Of a stretch of DNA of 64,000 bases, positions 17,746 through 26,923 are shown one piece after another. Position 1 is the first letter of the stretch. Each line of letters opens with the position of its first letter. The stretch lies in the NCBI GenBank assembly GCA_964585915.1, contig CAZPFU010000001.1:119515-183514 (forward strand). The letters are read 5' to 3'. Source of the stretch: an uncultured Methanomassiliicoccus sp. (GTDB lineage: Archaea > Thermoplasmatota > Thermoplasmata > Methanomassiliicoccales > UBA472). The notes below the pieces were generated by a model. That model had not been told where the DNA came from. It searched no databases and worked only from the letters and a program-made list of their open reading frames with translations. The translations under genes were made by a program, and so were the position numbers.

Positions 17746-17878
17746 GCATACCCGGGGATGCCTGGCATCCCTCGGGATGCCCCCGATGACTCCTTTCCAT
17801 CGACATATCGTTCTAGACCGTTCTCAGCTAAGGTTGTCGAAAGGTTCATCAAATCCACCCGCCATGCCATGCTTCGTC

Positions 17879-19168
17879 ATGGATGCTGTAGAGAACGCCG
17901 CAAGGAACGCCAAGGACGCTTCATATCGCCTGCAGAGCCTGACCCAGGCGGTCAGGAACGAGGCGCTTCAGGAGATCGCCGCCGCCCTGCAGGAACACGC
18001 TGACGACATAGTCAAGGCCAACCAGGCCGACGTGAAGGAGGCGGAGAAGGCCGGCCTGTCCAAGGTGCTCATCAAACGCCTGGGCTACGATCGTTCCAAG
18101 ATAAAGGAGTCCGTGGATTCGCTGCGTTCCCTGATCAAGCAGGAGGACCCCATCGGCAAGCTGGTGTCCAGAACGGAGCTGGATTCCGGGCTGGTCCTGG
18201 AGAGAGTGACCTGCCCGATAGGCGTCATCGGGGTGATATTCGAAGCGCGGCCGGAGGCCCTGGTGCAGATATCGTCCCTTTGCCTGAAGTCCGGCAACGC
18301 CGTCATTCTCAAGGGAGGCTCGGAAGCCCACCGCACCAACGAGATCTTGACCAAGGTCATCGTGAAGGCCGTGACCGACCTGGACGAAAGGTTCACCTCC
18401 GCCGTTCAATTGCTGTCGACCAGGGAGGAGATCAACCGGCTGTTGGCCATGGACCAGTTCGTGGACCTCATCATCCCCCGCGGCTCGAACCAGCTGGTCC
18501 GTTTCATCAAGGAGCACACCAAGATCCCGGTGCTGGGGCATGCGGACGGCATCTGCCACACCTACGTAGACGAGTCGGCGGACCTGGACATGGCCATGCG
18601 CGTGTGCTACGACGCCAAGGTCCAGTATCCCGCGGTGTGCAACGCCATGGAGACCTTGCTGGTCCACGAGAACGTGGCGCTGACCTTCATACCGGCCATG
18701 GCCGAGAGGTTCAATCAGGCCGGCGTCGAACTTCGCGGCGATGAGGGCTCATGCTCGCTGGCGGAGATGAAGAGGGCCACCGACGAGGACTGGGGCACCG
18801 AGTACAATGACCTGGTGCTCTCGGTGAGGATCGTCTCCTCCCTGGAGGAGGCGGTGCATCATATCAACCGGTACGGATCGCATCACAGCGACGCCATAAT
18901 CGCTTCTGACGAACGGGCGGCGCAACGCTTCATGGATGAGGTCGATTCGTCCTCGGTGATGTGGAACTGCTCCACCCGCTTCGCGGACGGTTTCCGCTAC
19001 GGGCTCGGAGCGGAGGTGGGGATAAGCACCAACAAGACCCACGCCCGCGGGCCGGTGGGACTGGAAGGCCTGACAATCTACAAATATCGCCTGAAGGGCT
19101 CAGGCCACATCGTATCCGAGTATGTGGGCGAGAGCGCCAAGCAGTTCACCCACAGGAAGTTGCTATGA
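17879..19168 (+). CDS. proA: Glutamate-5-semialdehyde dehydrogenase (gamma-glutamyl phosphate reductase)
   Basis: ALDH-fold ProA blocks: VIGVIFEARPEA, LKGGSEA, IIPRGSN, CNAMETLLVH (catalytic Cys), YGSHHSDAI. Start MDAVENAARNAK at 17879; the ORF-track 5' extension is rejected. Confidence 0.9.
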   Translation: MDAVENAARNAKDASYRLQSLTQAVRNEALQEIAAALQEHADDIVKANQADVKEAEKAGLSKVLIKRLGYDRSKIKESVDSLRSLIKQEDPIGKLVSRTELDSGLVLERVTCPIGVIGVIFEARPEALVQISSLCLKSGNAVILKGGSEAHRTNEILTKVIVKAVTDLDERFTSAVQLLSTREEINRLLAMDQFVDLIIPRGSNQLVRFIKEHTKIPVLGHADGICHTYVDESADLDMAMRVCYDAKVQYPAVCNAMETLLVHENVALTFIPAMAERFNQAGVELRGDEGSCSLAEMKRATDEDWGTEYNDLVLSVRIVSSLEEAVHHINRYGSHHSDAIIASDERAAQRFMDEVDSSSVMWNCSTRFADGFRYGLGAEVGISTNKTHARGPVGLEGLTIYKYRLKGSGHIVSEYVGESAKQFTHRKLL

Positions 19169-20265
19169 GGGACATCAGCGTCACCCGGGCGGTCATAAAG
19201 ATCGGCACCAACACCATATGCGACGAGAACGGGCAGGTGGACTCCGATTATCTGGATGGGATAGCCCGTCAGGTGCTCGAGCTCGAGCGAATGGGCATCC
19301 AGTCCATAATCGTCACCTCCGGCGCGATCGGTTCGGGCAGCAGCGAGCTCAAGTTGGACGAGGTGCAGAAGGACATCCCGCACAAGCAGGCCTGCGCCGC
19401 GGTCGGCCAGGCCGCCCTCATGCTCACCTATAGGGAGGTCTTCGCCCGCCACAACAAGTCCGTAGGGCAGCTGCTGCTGACCTATGACGCCTTCTCGGAC
19501 CGCGAGGTGTATCTGAACCTACGGAAGACGGTGGACGCCCTGTTCGAGCTTGGCGTGATACCCATCGTCAATGAGAACGACGTCATCTCCACCGACGAGA
19601 TCGGTGCGACCTTCGGCGACAACGACAAGTTATCGGCCCTGGTCGCCAGCAAGGTGGACGCCGACCTGCTGATACTGCTCACGGACGTTGACGGCCTGTA
19701 CGACCGCAACCCGGAGACGGACCCAGACGCCCGCTTCATAGATACGGTCGACGAGATAACCAAGGACATAGAGATGATGGCCGGCGGCGGCACCAGCGGC
19801 CGTTCCAAGGGCGGGATGAAGAGCAAGATAAACGCCGCCCGCATCGCCATGGGCGCGGGGTGTAACACGGTCATCGCCAATGGACGGGCGGATGATGTCA
19901 TCGTCCGCGTCGTCAGGGGCGAGGTCGTCGGGACCTTCTTCTCCGCCAAGGCGCTGTACACCAACCGGGAGCGTTGGATCCTTTACGCAAGTCCGAGAGG
20001 CAAGATACTGGTCGACGCGGGGGCGGAGGAGGCCCTGCGTGACGGAGGCAGTCTGCTCCCGTGCGGCATAACCTCCGTGGAAGGCCGCTTCAAGGAAGGC
20101 GACGTCGTTCGACTGGGCGGCTTCGCCAAGGGAGTGGTCAACTTCCCGTCGGGCGAGATAATGCAGCTCAAGGCGGAGTGCGAGAAGGAGAAGAGGAAGG
20201 GGAACGGCAAGGTCCACAACGGTTCGGTCGTCATGGACCACTGCAACATCGTGTTCCACGAGTGA
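19165..20265 (+). CDS. proB: Glutamate 5-kinase with C-terminal PUA domain
   Basis: VIKIGTNTI, IVTSGAIGSG, GDNDKLSALVA, GTSGRSKGGMKSKI. PUA-like C-terminus. The ATG at 19165 overlaps the proA stop (ATGA). Confidence 0.9.
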   Translation: MRDISVTRAVIKIGTNTICDENGQVDSDYLDGIARQVLELERMGIQSIIVTSGAIGSGSSELKLDEVQKDIPHKQACAAVGQAALMLTYREVFARHNKSVGQLLLTYDAFSDREVYLNLRKTVDALFELGVIPIVNENDVISTDEIGATFGDNDKLSALVASKVDADLLILLTDVDGLYDRNPETDPDARFIDTVDEITKDIEMMAGGGTSGRSKGGMKSKINAARIAMGAGCNTVIANGRADDVIVRVVRGEVVGTFFSAKALYTNRERWILYASPRGKILVDAGAEEALRDGGSLLPCGITSVEGRFKEGDVVRLGGFAKGVVNFPSGEIMQLKAECEKEKRKGNGKVHNGSVVMDHCNIVFHE

Positions 20266-20323
20266 GAACGTACTAATCGCCGAGGAGTTAGCTTTACCCC
20301 CTATCAATCCCTTTCATCGCACC

Positions 20324-21508
20324 ATGGAAGTGGGGAAGCTTCTGTCCAAATGGTGGTTCGTCGCCCTTTCGTCTCTGGCGATCGGCATGCCATCGGCATA
20401 CCTCACCTTCGATCTCGTCTTCGGGGGCATCGTGAACTTGGAAGGAGTGACGACATCCTCCAGCCTGTTGATGACGGCCCTTCTATACTTCTCCCTGAGC
20501 GGCTACTATGTCTTGTTCATCTGTTTGTTGTTGACCTTAGCACCCCGACATGCGACCGTCGGTAATGGATTCCTGAGCCCGGAGGCCCTCTTAAGCAATG
20601 GACACGAGGTCGTTGTTAGGAAGGGTTCGTACGATATCAGGGTGGCCAAGTACTCCGTGATAAGGGTCTATGAGGAGGACGGGGGGTTCCGTTGCCTGCC
20701 TACCTCGACCGGCCTTTGGGCCATCGCGCTCCTGTCCTTGGGCCCTCAGTTCGTAATGTTCGCATTTCCCTTTCTACTTAACATTCACGAAAAATGCTGG
20801 AGATCGGTGAAAGCCCTTACATTTGAGGAGAAGAGGCCCCCAGTGGAAGCTGAGAAGGGCATCGACGACCTTATCGATGATAGCCTGCGGAGGACCTATG
20901 TGTTGGCCAGGGAGGCCGTGGACATCAGAAAGGCGTCCTTCCAGGACCACGCCCTCATCCTGGTGGCCCTTTCCCTGCTGGCCTGGGCGGTCCTTGTGAT
21001 GCTCGGCGCCCCCGTCATCGTGGACCATGGTTCGCCTTGGTGGCTTTCCTTGGGGACCGCGGCCATCGCCGTCGTGGCCGTCTCCTGCTTTCATATCCTC
21101 CGAAGACGGAGCAGCAGGCTTGTGTCCAGAGAGGAGAAATGGGCTGAAAGGATTTATTCCGCCATCGGAGGAAAGGAAGGGGGAACCTCGCCGATCGCGG
21201 TCCTGCTGGACGCCTGCCTGGAAGTGCCGAGGTGGCTGTCCCTGCATAGGAAGGGGATCTGGAACAGGCAACCGGGCAAGACCTTACTGACGTTCGTTCT
21301 GCTAGTGGCCGGATCGAACGGACTAATGCAATATGGTTCCATAAGTTGGCGTTTCTTTCTGCTGTCGGTCGTTCTCCTGGTCCTAGGCATATCGCTGTTC
21401 TCTTGGATGGTCATCACTGCCAGGATTGAAACGAGGGACCTTAGGCGAGAGTGGGAGGACCGATTGAAGGAAATGGGCTCGCTGCTCGAACCCGAGGGGA
21501 GGCGTTGA
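20324..21508 (+). CDS. Polytopic membrane protein of unknown function (394 aa)
   Basis: At least 8 hydrophobic segments with two soluble loops. Locally lower GC than neighbours. No recognised motif. Confidence 0.6.
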   Translation: MEVGKLLSKWWFVALSSLAIGMPSAYLTFDLVFGGIVNLEGVTTSSSLLMTALLYFSLSGYYVLFICLLLTLAPRHATVGNGFLSPEALLSNGHEVVVRKGSYDIRVAKYSVIRVYEEDGGFRCLPTSTGLWAIALLSLGPQFVMFAFPFLLNIHEKCWRSVKALTFEEKRPPVEAEKGIDDLIDDSLRRTYVLAREAVDIRKASFQDHALILVALSLLAWAVLVMLGAPVIVDHGSPWWLSLGTAAIAVVAVSCFHILRRRSSRLVSREEKWAERIYSAIGGKEGGTSPIAVLLDACLEVPRWLSLHRKGIWNRQPGKTLLTFVLLVAGSNGLMQYGSISWRFFLLSVVLLVLGISLFSWMVITARIETRDLRREWEDRLKEMGSLLEPEGRR

Positions 21509-21513
21509 GCCCG

Positions 21514-21783
21514 ATGGACCGCCCGGACCTCTATGTGGTGGCCAGGATCCTCGAGCGTCTCTGGAAGGAGACGGAACCTATGCTCAGGACCCGCCTACAG
21601 GTGGCGGTCGGTACCAACTTCGACGTTCTTACCAAATATCTCGATTGGATGCGGGAGAGGGGGCTGGTGGTCTTCGTGGAGAACGACGGGCATCAGAAGG
21701 TCCTGCTCACGGAGGAGGGCAAGACCTCGTATCGAAAACTGGTTGGCTGGATCAACGAAACGGTACACGGTAAGTTCGGATGA
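21514..21783 (+). CDS. Small winged-helix transcriptional regulator (89 aa)
   Basis: The pattern LQVAVGTNFDVLTKYLDWMRERGLVVFVENDGHQKVLLTEEGKTSYRKL is typical of archaeal single-domain wHTH proteins. It starts 6 nt after the preceding membrane protein gene. Confidence 0.6.
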   Translation: MDRPDLYVVARILERLWKETEPMLRTRLQVAVGTNFDVLTKYLDWMRERGLVVFVENDGHQKVLLTEEGKTSYRKLVGWINETVHGKFG

Positions 21784-21789
21784 CCTGCC

Positions 21790-22854
21790 TCAAGCGGACC
21801 GGAAGGTCAGCTCGAAGCGCGCCCCTCCCCGGGGGTCGTTGCCGGCGGTTATGTCGCCCCCATACCGCTGCATGGTCCTCAGCACCAGGTAGAGGCCGAG
21901 GCCGGTGCCGCGCGACTCGCCGAAGGCCACCCCTTCCATTAAAACCCTGGACAGATACTCCTCCTTTATGCCGGTGCCGTCATCCCGGACCAACAGCATG
22001 GTCCGCTTACCTGACGGCGTGATGATGAACTCCATCCTCTCCGCCTTTCCGTGGCGCTTGGCGTTCCTGGCCAGGTTCTCTATGATCGCCGCCAACGCGG
22101 GATCGGCCAGCACCTTTCCCTCGCCGACCACCGAGTAGGGCATGTCCAAACCCTTCATCACCTTGTCGATGACCTCGCGAAGTTCGGCAGAGGCCATCTC
22201 GGTCCGGGAGAGCAGGAAGTGGTCGAGCTCCCTCATCTGGGCGATTATGTTCTGCATCCGTTGCAAAGACGCTTGCGCACGGAGCAGGTCCTTCTCCCGG
22301 TTGTTCAATTTGTAAAGGTCCAGGGAGGAGCTGATCACCAACAGCTCGTTAGCTATGTCATGCCGCAGGATCTTGTTGGCCACGCCAAGGGATTCTGACA
22401 GCCGCGCCAGCCGGTCCTGGGAGTCCCGCAGCTCCTGCAGCAGGCGGATGTTGGAGAAGGCTATCTCCAAAGCGTCGGGGATGATGAGCAGCATGGGCAG
22501 CTTATCGTCCAGGGAGCGGGGGTTGTCCACTCCGTCAGCGCAGAGCATTCCCACCCGGACCCCCTTTTCCTTTATGGCCAGGGCGATACCCTTCTTGGAC
22601 GGAAGCAGCTTGACGATCTGGTTGGGCAGAAGGTGCACGCCGGCGGTCCAGGGCCCGCAATCGCCCAGGGGACGCCCCCCATCCTCGGGAAGGTAGCATA
22701 TCGACCCCGGCTGGAATACTCCGGCCACCATGTCCATGACCGCCCTCAAGGCGGACTCCCGGTCCTCGCACCCTTGCAATGTATGTAAAAGGTCCAGCAA
22801 CTGGGGGCGGCTGCGGTCGAGGTCTTGATTATCGCTCATGATAAGCTTGCTCAA
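21790..22854 (-). CDS. Soluble sensor histidine kinase (N-terminal GAF-like sensor, HisKA, HATPase_c)
   Basis: H-box ILRHDIANEL; N-box IIENLARNAKRHG; G1 VRDDGTGI; G2 GTGLGLYLV. No TM segment. No response regulator in the window. Confidence 0.8.
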   Translation of the reverse strand: MSKLIMSDNQDLDRSRPQLLDLLHTLQGCEDRESALRAVMDMVAGVFQPGSICYLPEDGGRPLGDCGPWTAGVHLLPNQIVKLLPSKKGIALAIKEKGVRVGMLCADGVDNPRSLDDKLPMLLIIPDALEIAFSNIRLLQELRDSQDRLARLSESLGVANKILRHDIANELLVISSSLDLYKLNNREKDLLRAQASLQRMQNIIAQMRELDHFLLSRTEMASAELREVIDKVMKGLDMPYSVVGEGKVLADPALAAIIENLARNAKRHGKAERMEFIITPSGKRTMLLVRDDGTGIKEEYLSRVLMEGVAFGESRGTGLGLYLVLRTMQRYGGDITAGNDPRGGARFELTFRSA

Positions 22855-22938
22855 CTATTCCCTCGGGCTATAAAATCGTTACACGTTCATTCAGCCTTTT
22901 GATATTCAGAGAAGGACGATGAACTGGTCCGATGGGGA

Positions 22939-23205
22939 TCATCGCATCAGGTCGTTGAGGAGGTCGTGCACCAGCCAGACGTCCATGGGACCTACCAGGC
23001 CTTCCTGCTTCTTGGGGCCTTCCGTGCCCAGCGGAAGCCTCTGGCTGACCCCGTTTATCGGCGGGTCGGCGCGTATGAGGGAGCGGGTGACGCTCCCCAG
23101 CTGGTACTCCTCGAAGAAGTAGTCCAGCATCTCAGGGTCGGGGATTATGGCCTGGCCGACACGGGGATGGCGGGGCCTCAATAATCTGACCAGCAGAGAA
23201 GGCAT
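22939..23205 (-). CDS. Hypothetical protein (88 aa)
   Basis: GC3-rich codon usage on the minus strand. It fills the gap between two minus-strand genes. No recognisable motif. Confidence 0.35.
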   Translation of the reverse strand: MPSLLVRLLRPRHPRVGQAIIPDPEMLDYFFEEYQLGSVTRSLIRADPPINGVSQRLPLGTEGPKKQEGLVGPMDVWLVHDLLNDLMR

Positions 23206-23273
23206 GTCAAGAGGGACACAACCGAGCGTATTTTAACGTATCGTCCCCGGTGCGACAGACAGGCCCGTGGAGG

Positions 23274-24371
23274 TCACAGGTACGCGTGGCCGCGGACGAT
23301 CTCGCGCATGGCAACGCTCTCCTTATGGATAGTGGGAAGCGACCCCTTGTCCAGGCGGCGCGCCGTCGGCATCCTTCCCGAAAAGGTCCGGGCGAACTCC
23401 CGCAACAGGTACTCGTGCACCGCCCCGTTGCCGCGAAGCCCCTCCAAGGACCAGTCCTCCAAGGCCTCCATCACCCCGTCCCGCCCGCCGCGGTAGAACA
23501 GCTCGGCCAATATGGAGGTCACGATCGCGTTTTCCGAGACCACCCCGACCTCCGCCTCCCTCAGGGCGGAAAGATCCCCATTGAACGCCACGGAGAGACC
23601 TCCGCTCCTCTTGACCACCTGCAGCACCCTGGCGTCCGTCTCCCCGTCGCCCACGTACATGCAGTCCTCCAGGGGGACGCTCATCCGCTTGCATATCTCG
23701 ACGACCGATGTCGCCTTCTCGTCCCCGCCCACCGGGTTGACCTGGCTGACCAGCTGATAAGAGGACAGATCGGTCATCTCGGTCCAGAATATCTCGTCCA
23801 GCCTCCGCAGCACCAGCCTATCGTCCGTGCTCAGGTCCCTGATGCTGCTGGCCCCCTCCGGGACCTCCAGAAGTGGCAGCCGTACGATCTCCTGGGCCAG
23901 GTTGCGCAGCGTCTCCGTCTCCCAATCCTCGATGTCCAGCATGTCCATGCTCAGGCGAGTGCAGAAGGTGTTCTCGAACGGGAAGCCTATAATATCGCAG
24001 GCCGCACCGACATAGTGCTCGTAGCTGGTGCTGACGATGAAGCTGGACATCAGCTCCTGCGCGAAGCGCATGGCCTTGTCCGCCCCGGGAACGATACGCA
24101 TGTTGTCCCTGGAGAAGCGGAGCAGCGAGGAATCCGTGGCGCCGTAGGCTTTGAGGAACGGCAGGATGAGACGCAGCGTGTCCCCGGGCTTGACGCCTTC
24201 CTTGCGGGATATGTTGGCGAGCACCCCTTCATACCTTCGGATGGCCTGGAAGAGACGGCCACCGTTCTCCGCTACGGCCGCGGTGAGCTCGCGGGCGTTG
24301 TCATTGGCCGTGACCGGCCCCTGCAGGTCGGAGACCAATATCTTCCCTTCGAAGGGGAACGCCTCGTCCAT
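23274..24371 (-). CDS. HAD-superfamily-like protein with an atypical motif I (possibly EhaR-like)
   Basis: Motif IV-like VGDGETD and N-terminal ILVSDLQGPVT, where Gln replaces the second Asp of DxD. Assignment rests on recollection of family patterns only. Confidence 0.45.
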   Translation of the reverse strand: MDEAFPFEGKILVSDLQGPVTANDNARELTAAVAENGGRLFQAIRRYEGVLANISRKEGVKPGDTLRLILPFLKAYGATDSSLLRFSRDNMRIVPGADKAMRFAQELMSSFIVSTSYEHYVGAACDIIGFPFENTFCTRLSMDMLDIEDWETETLRNLAQEIVRLPLLEVPEGASSIRDLSTDDRLVLRRLDEIFWTEMTDLSSYQLVSQVNPVGGDEKATSVVEICKRMSVPLEDCMYVGDGETDARVLQVVKRSGGLSVAFNGDLSALREAEVGVVSENAIVTSILAELFYRGGRDGVMEALEDWSLEGLRGNGAVHEYLLREFARTFSGRMPTARRLDKGSLPTIHKESVAMREIVRGHAYL

Positions 24372-24452
24372 TATGTCGAACTCCGTTCAGCTCACCTCCA
24401 TTAGCGGCGTTGGCATAACGGAAGGTCCCCTTATCTAGGTAACGATTCCCGC

Positions 24453-24857
24453 TCAGATATCGAAAACCACCCGGACCAGGGGCCTCACCGGATCGACGGC
24501 CATCATATGGTATGTTATGGCCTTGATCTCCTTCTTCGGTTCGTGCCGTTCCGCGTCGTATCTCTCGCCCCAGGCCCGGCAGTGCACCTCGCCTCCGGAA
24601 AAGGTGACGGAGAACTTGGAGAAGACCAGGCCGGTCACGTCGAAGACGAAGAGCAGCTCCGAAAGGAAGTTGTAGAGCATCGACTCGTGGTCGTGACCCT
24701 CCACCACGATCTGCCTCTCCTCCCTTGCCCGCACCTTTGTGGCGTCCACCATCTGGTCGGTGAGGGCGTAGGCGGCGTTGGCGAAGCATTCCTCCAGGGA
24801 GTCTCCGAAGGCCTCCACCATCACGTCCGCGGTGTGGTCCAGGGTGCGGTACCTCAT
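24453..24857 (-). CDS. Archease (tRNA ligase RtcB / methyltransferase accessory chaperone)
   Basis: N-terminal YRTLDHTADVMVEAFG signature, about 134 aa, and a C-terminal strand pattern typical of archease. Confidence 0.85.
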   Translation of the reverse strand: MRYRTLDHTADVMVEAFGDSLEECFANAAYALTDQMVDATKVRAREERQIVVEGHDHESMLYNFLSELLFVFDVTGLVFSKFSVTFSGGEVHCRAWGERYDAERHEPKKEIKAITYHMMAVDPVRPLVRVVFDI

Positions 24858-24966
24858 GGCTGCGTGATGGTGGGCGTTGTTTAAAATAGCACGCCTGCCA
24901 CCTTATGTCGACCATATGCTGGGGCTGGGGGACAAGGTTATATCAGGGTTTGGCGATTAAGCGCCG

Positions 24967-25785
24967 ATGCGACTCCTCATCATCGGTAGCGGGGCCATCG
25001 GGACCACTCTGGCCGAGGCCATCCAGGAAATGGAAGAGTTCGATATATTCTACATAACCGACAAGAACGAGGACCGGGCGAGGAGGATCGCCTCCCAGTG
25101 CAAGAAGGCCAAGTTCATTTCCCCCACCGACGAGAGCATCAAGGCCCACCTCAAGAACGTGGACCTGGTGGTGGAGGCCGCCTCGCAGGAGGCCGTCCAG
25201 CATTATGTTCCGATCGTTCTGGGCATGGGCGTGGACGTCCTGGTGATGAGCGTGGGCGCCTTCGCTGACGACGACACCAGGGAGAGATGCTTCAACGTGG
25301 CCAAGCGCAAGGGCGGCCGCCTTTACGTTCCGTCCGGGGCCATCTGCGGCACGGACGGTCTGCATTCCGCCTCGTCGGATGTCATCGACAGTGTCGAGCT
25401 GACCTCTACCAAGGGTCCAAAGAGCTTCCAGGACAACGAGTATCTGCTGTCCAAGGGAGTGGACGTCAACACCCTGAAGAAGAAGACCGTGCTGTTCGAG
25501 GGCCCGGCCAGGGAGGCCGTTCAACATTTCCCGAAGAACGTCAACGTGTCGGCGACCATCTCCCTTATCGGAATAGGCCTGGACAAGACCAAGGTAAAGC
25601 TGGTCTGCGACCCCATGTGCGACTGCAACACCCATCGCCTGGAGGTCAAGGGGGAGTTCGGCCACATCGTCTGCGAGACGGACAACCTGCCGTTCCCGTC
25701 CAACCCGGCCACCAGCTATCTCGCGGCCTTATCGGCCATAGCGGCGATAAGGCGCATCGCCGGCAACGTTTGGATAGGCATCTAG
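24967..25785 (+). CDS. nadX: L-aspartate dehydrogenase
   Basis: Rossmann MRLLIIGSGAIG, central VPSGAICG, C-terminal NTHRLEVKGEFG...NPATSYLAALSAIAAIRRI. TAG stop at 25783-25785. Confidence 0.7.
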   Translation: MRLLIIGSGAIGTTLAEAIQEMEEFDIFYITDKNEDRARRIASQCKKAKFISPTDESIKAHLKNVDLVVEAASQEAVQHYVPIVLGMGVDVLVMSVGAFADDDTRERCFNVAKRKGGRLYVPSGAICGTDGLHSASSDVIDSVELTSTKGPKSFQDNEYLLSKGVDVNTLKKKTVLFEGPAREAVQHFPKNVNVSATISLIGIGLDKTKVKLVCDPMCDCNTHRLEVKGEFGHIVCETDNLPFPSNPATSYLAALSAIAAIRRIAGNVWIGI

Positions 25786-25831
25786 GGATTTCCTAAATAC
25801 CGCCAATTCCCTTCCGGGCCTCGTGATAGGG

Positions 25832-26923
25832 ATGAAGGAGCGAGTCAAGTGGATATTCTCCAACTGCCCGGACGACCTGGATGCCATCGTGATCATGAAC
25901 GGCGAGGAGCCGCTCCTGGACGTCGCGTTCCCGTACGTCACCGGTACCCGGGCCGGACTTTTCGAGGGGTGCTTGGGCGTCATCACGCCGGACGGGCGCT
26001 CCACCATAATCACTTCCGCTTTGGAAGAGACGTCCGCCCGCGGGGGCAAGGCCGAGGTGCTCACCTACCGGACGGCGCAGGACCGCAAGGACATCGCCAC
26101 CGACCTGATGAAGGGGTTCCGCAAGGTCGGGGTGAACGGACAGGGCATCGTGCATTCCAACTATCTTGAGGTCCAGAGGCTGGCGGCCGCCGCCGAGCTG
26201 GTAGACATCAGCAGGGGGCTGGAAGCGTCCCGTCTGATCAAGGACGCCGACGAGGTCCGGAGAATGCGCAAGGCCTGCGCCATAGCCTCCCGCGTCGCGG
26301 ACGAGATCCCCTCCATGCTCCGCAAGGGAATGAAGGAGTACGAGGCGGCCGCCGAGCTCGACTACCGCATGACCAGAATGGGTGCTTCCGGGGCGGCCTT
26401 CGGCACCAACGCTTCGTTCGGGGCGAGCTCCGCCGAGCCGCATCACGGGGCGGAGGACATTTCCCTTAACATCGGCGATACCGCCCTCTTCGACTTCGGA
26501 TGCAAGGTGGAGGGTTATTGCTCGGACATCACCCGCACCTTCTTCTTCGGTGAGCCGAAGGACTGGCAGAGGAGGATGTACCAGGTGGTATCGGAGGCGC
26601 AGCAGGCAGCGCTTCGGGTGATTAAGGCGGGAGTGAACGGAATGGCCGTGGACGCCGCGGCGCGGGCGGTCATCGACACCAGCGAGTTCAAGGGGCTCAT
26701 GGTCCACTCCACCGGGCACGGTCTGGGACTATCCGTTCACGACGGCGGCCGGATGGCCCCGAACCACGATTTCCCCCTGAAGGCCGGCATGGTGCTGACG
26801 GTCGAACCGGGGGTATACATCCGAGGGCAGGGCGGGGTGCGCATAGAGGACGACGTGCTGATCACCGAGGATGGTTACGAGATGCTCACCGACGCGGAAA
26901 AGAAGATGATGGTGATACAATGA
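25832..26923 (+). CDS. M24-family Xaa-Pro peptidase / aminopeptidase P-like
   Basis: Pita-bread metal ligand blocks DFGCKVEGYCSDITRT, HSTGHGLG, LTVEPGVY, GGVRIEDD. An alternative GTG start lies at 25823. Confidence 0.85.
   Translation: MKERVKWIFSNCPDDLDAIVIMNGEEPLLDVAFPYVTGTRAGLFEGCLGVITPDGRSTIITSALEETSARGGKAEVLTYRTAQDRKDIATDLMKGFRKVGVNGQGIVHSNYLEVQRLAAAAELVDISRGLEASRLIKDADEVRRMRKACAIASRVADEIPSMLRKGMKEYEAAAELDYRMTRMGASGAAFGTNASFGASSAEPHHGAEDISLNIGDTALFDFGCKVEGYCSDITRTFFFGEPKDWQRRMYQVVSEAQQAALRVIKAGVNGMAVDAAARAVIDTSEFKGLMVHSTGHGLGLSVHDGGRMAPNHDFPLKAGMVLTVEPGVYIRGQGGVRIEDDVLITEDGYEMLTDAEKKMMVIQ

Noticed and set aside
22919-23184. Plus-strand ORFs 22919-23122 and 22966-23184 as alternatives to the minus-strand 88-aa ORF.
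   Set aside because: The minus-strand frame has the GC3-rich codon pattern of the neighbouring real genes and matches their orientation. The plus-strand translations look like wrong-frame products. Even so, the minus-strand ORF is kept only at low confidence.
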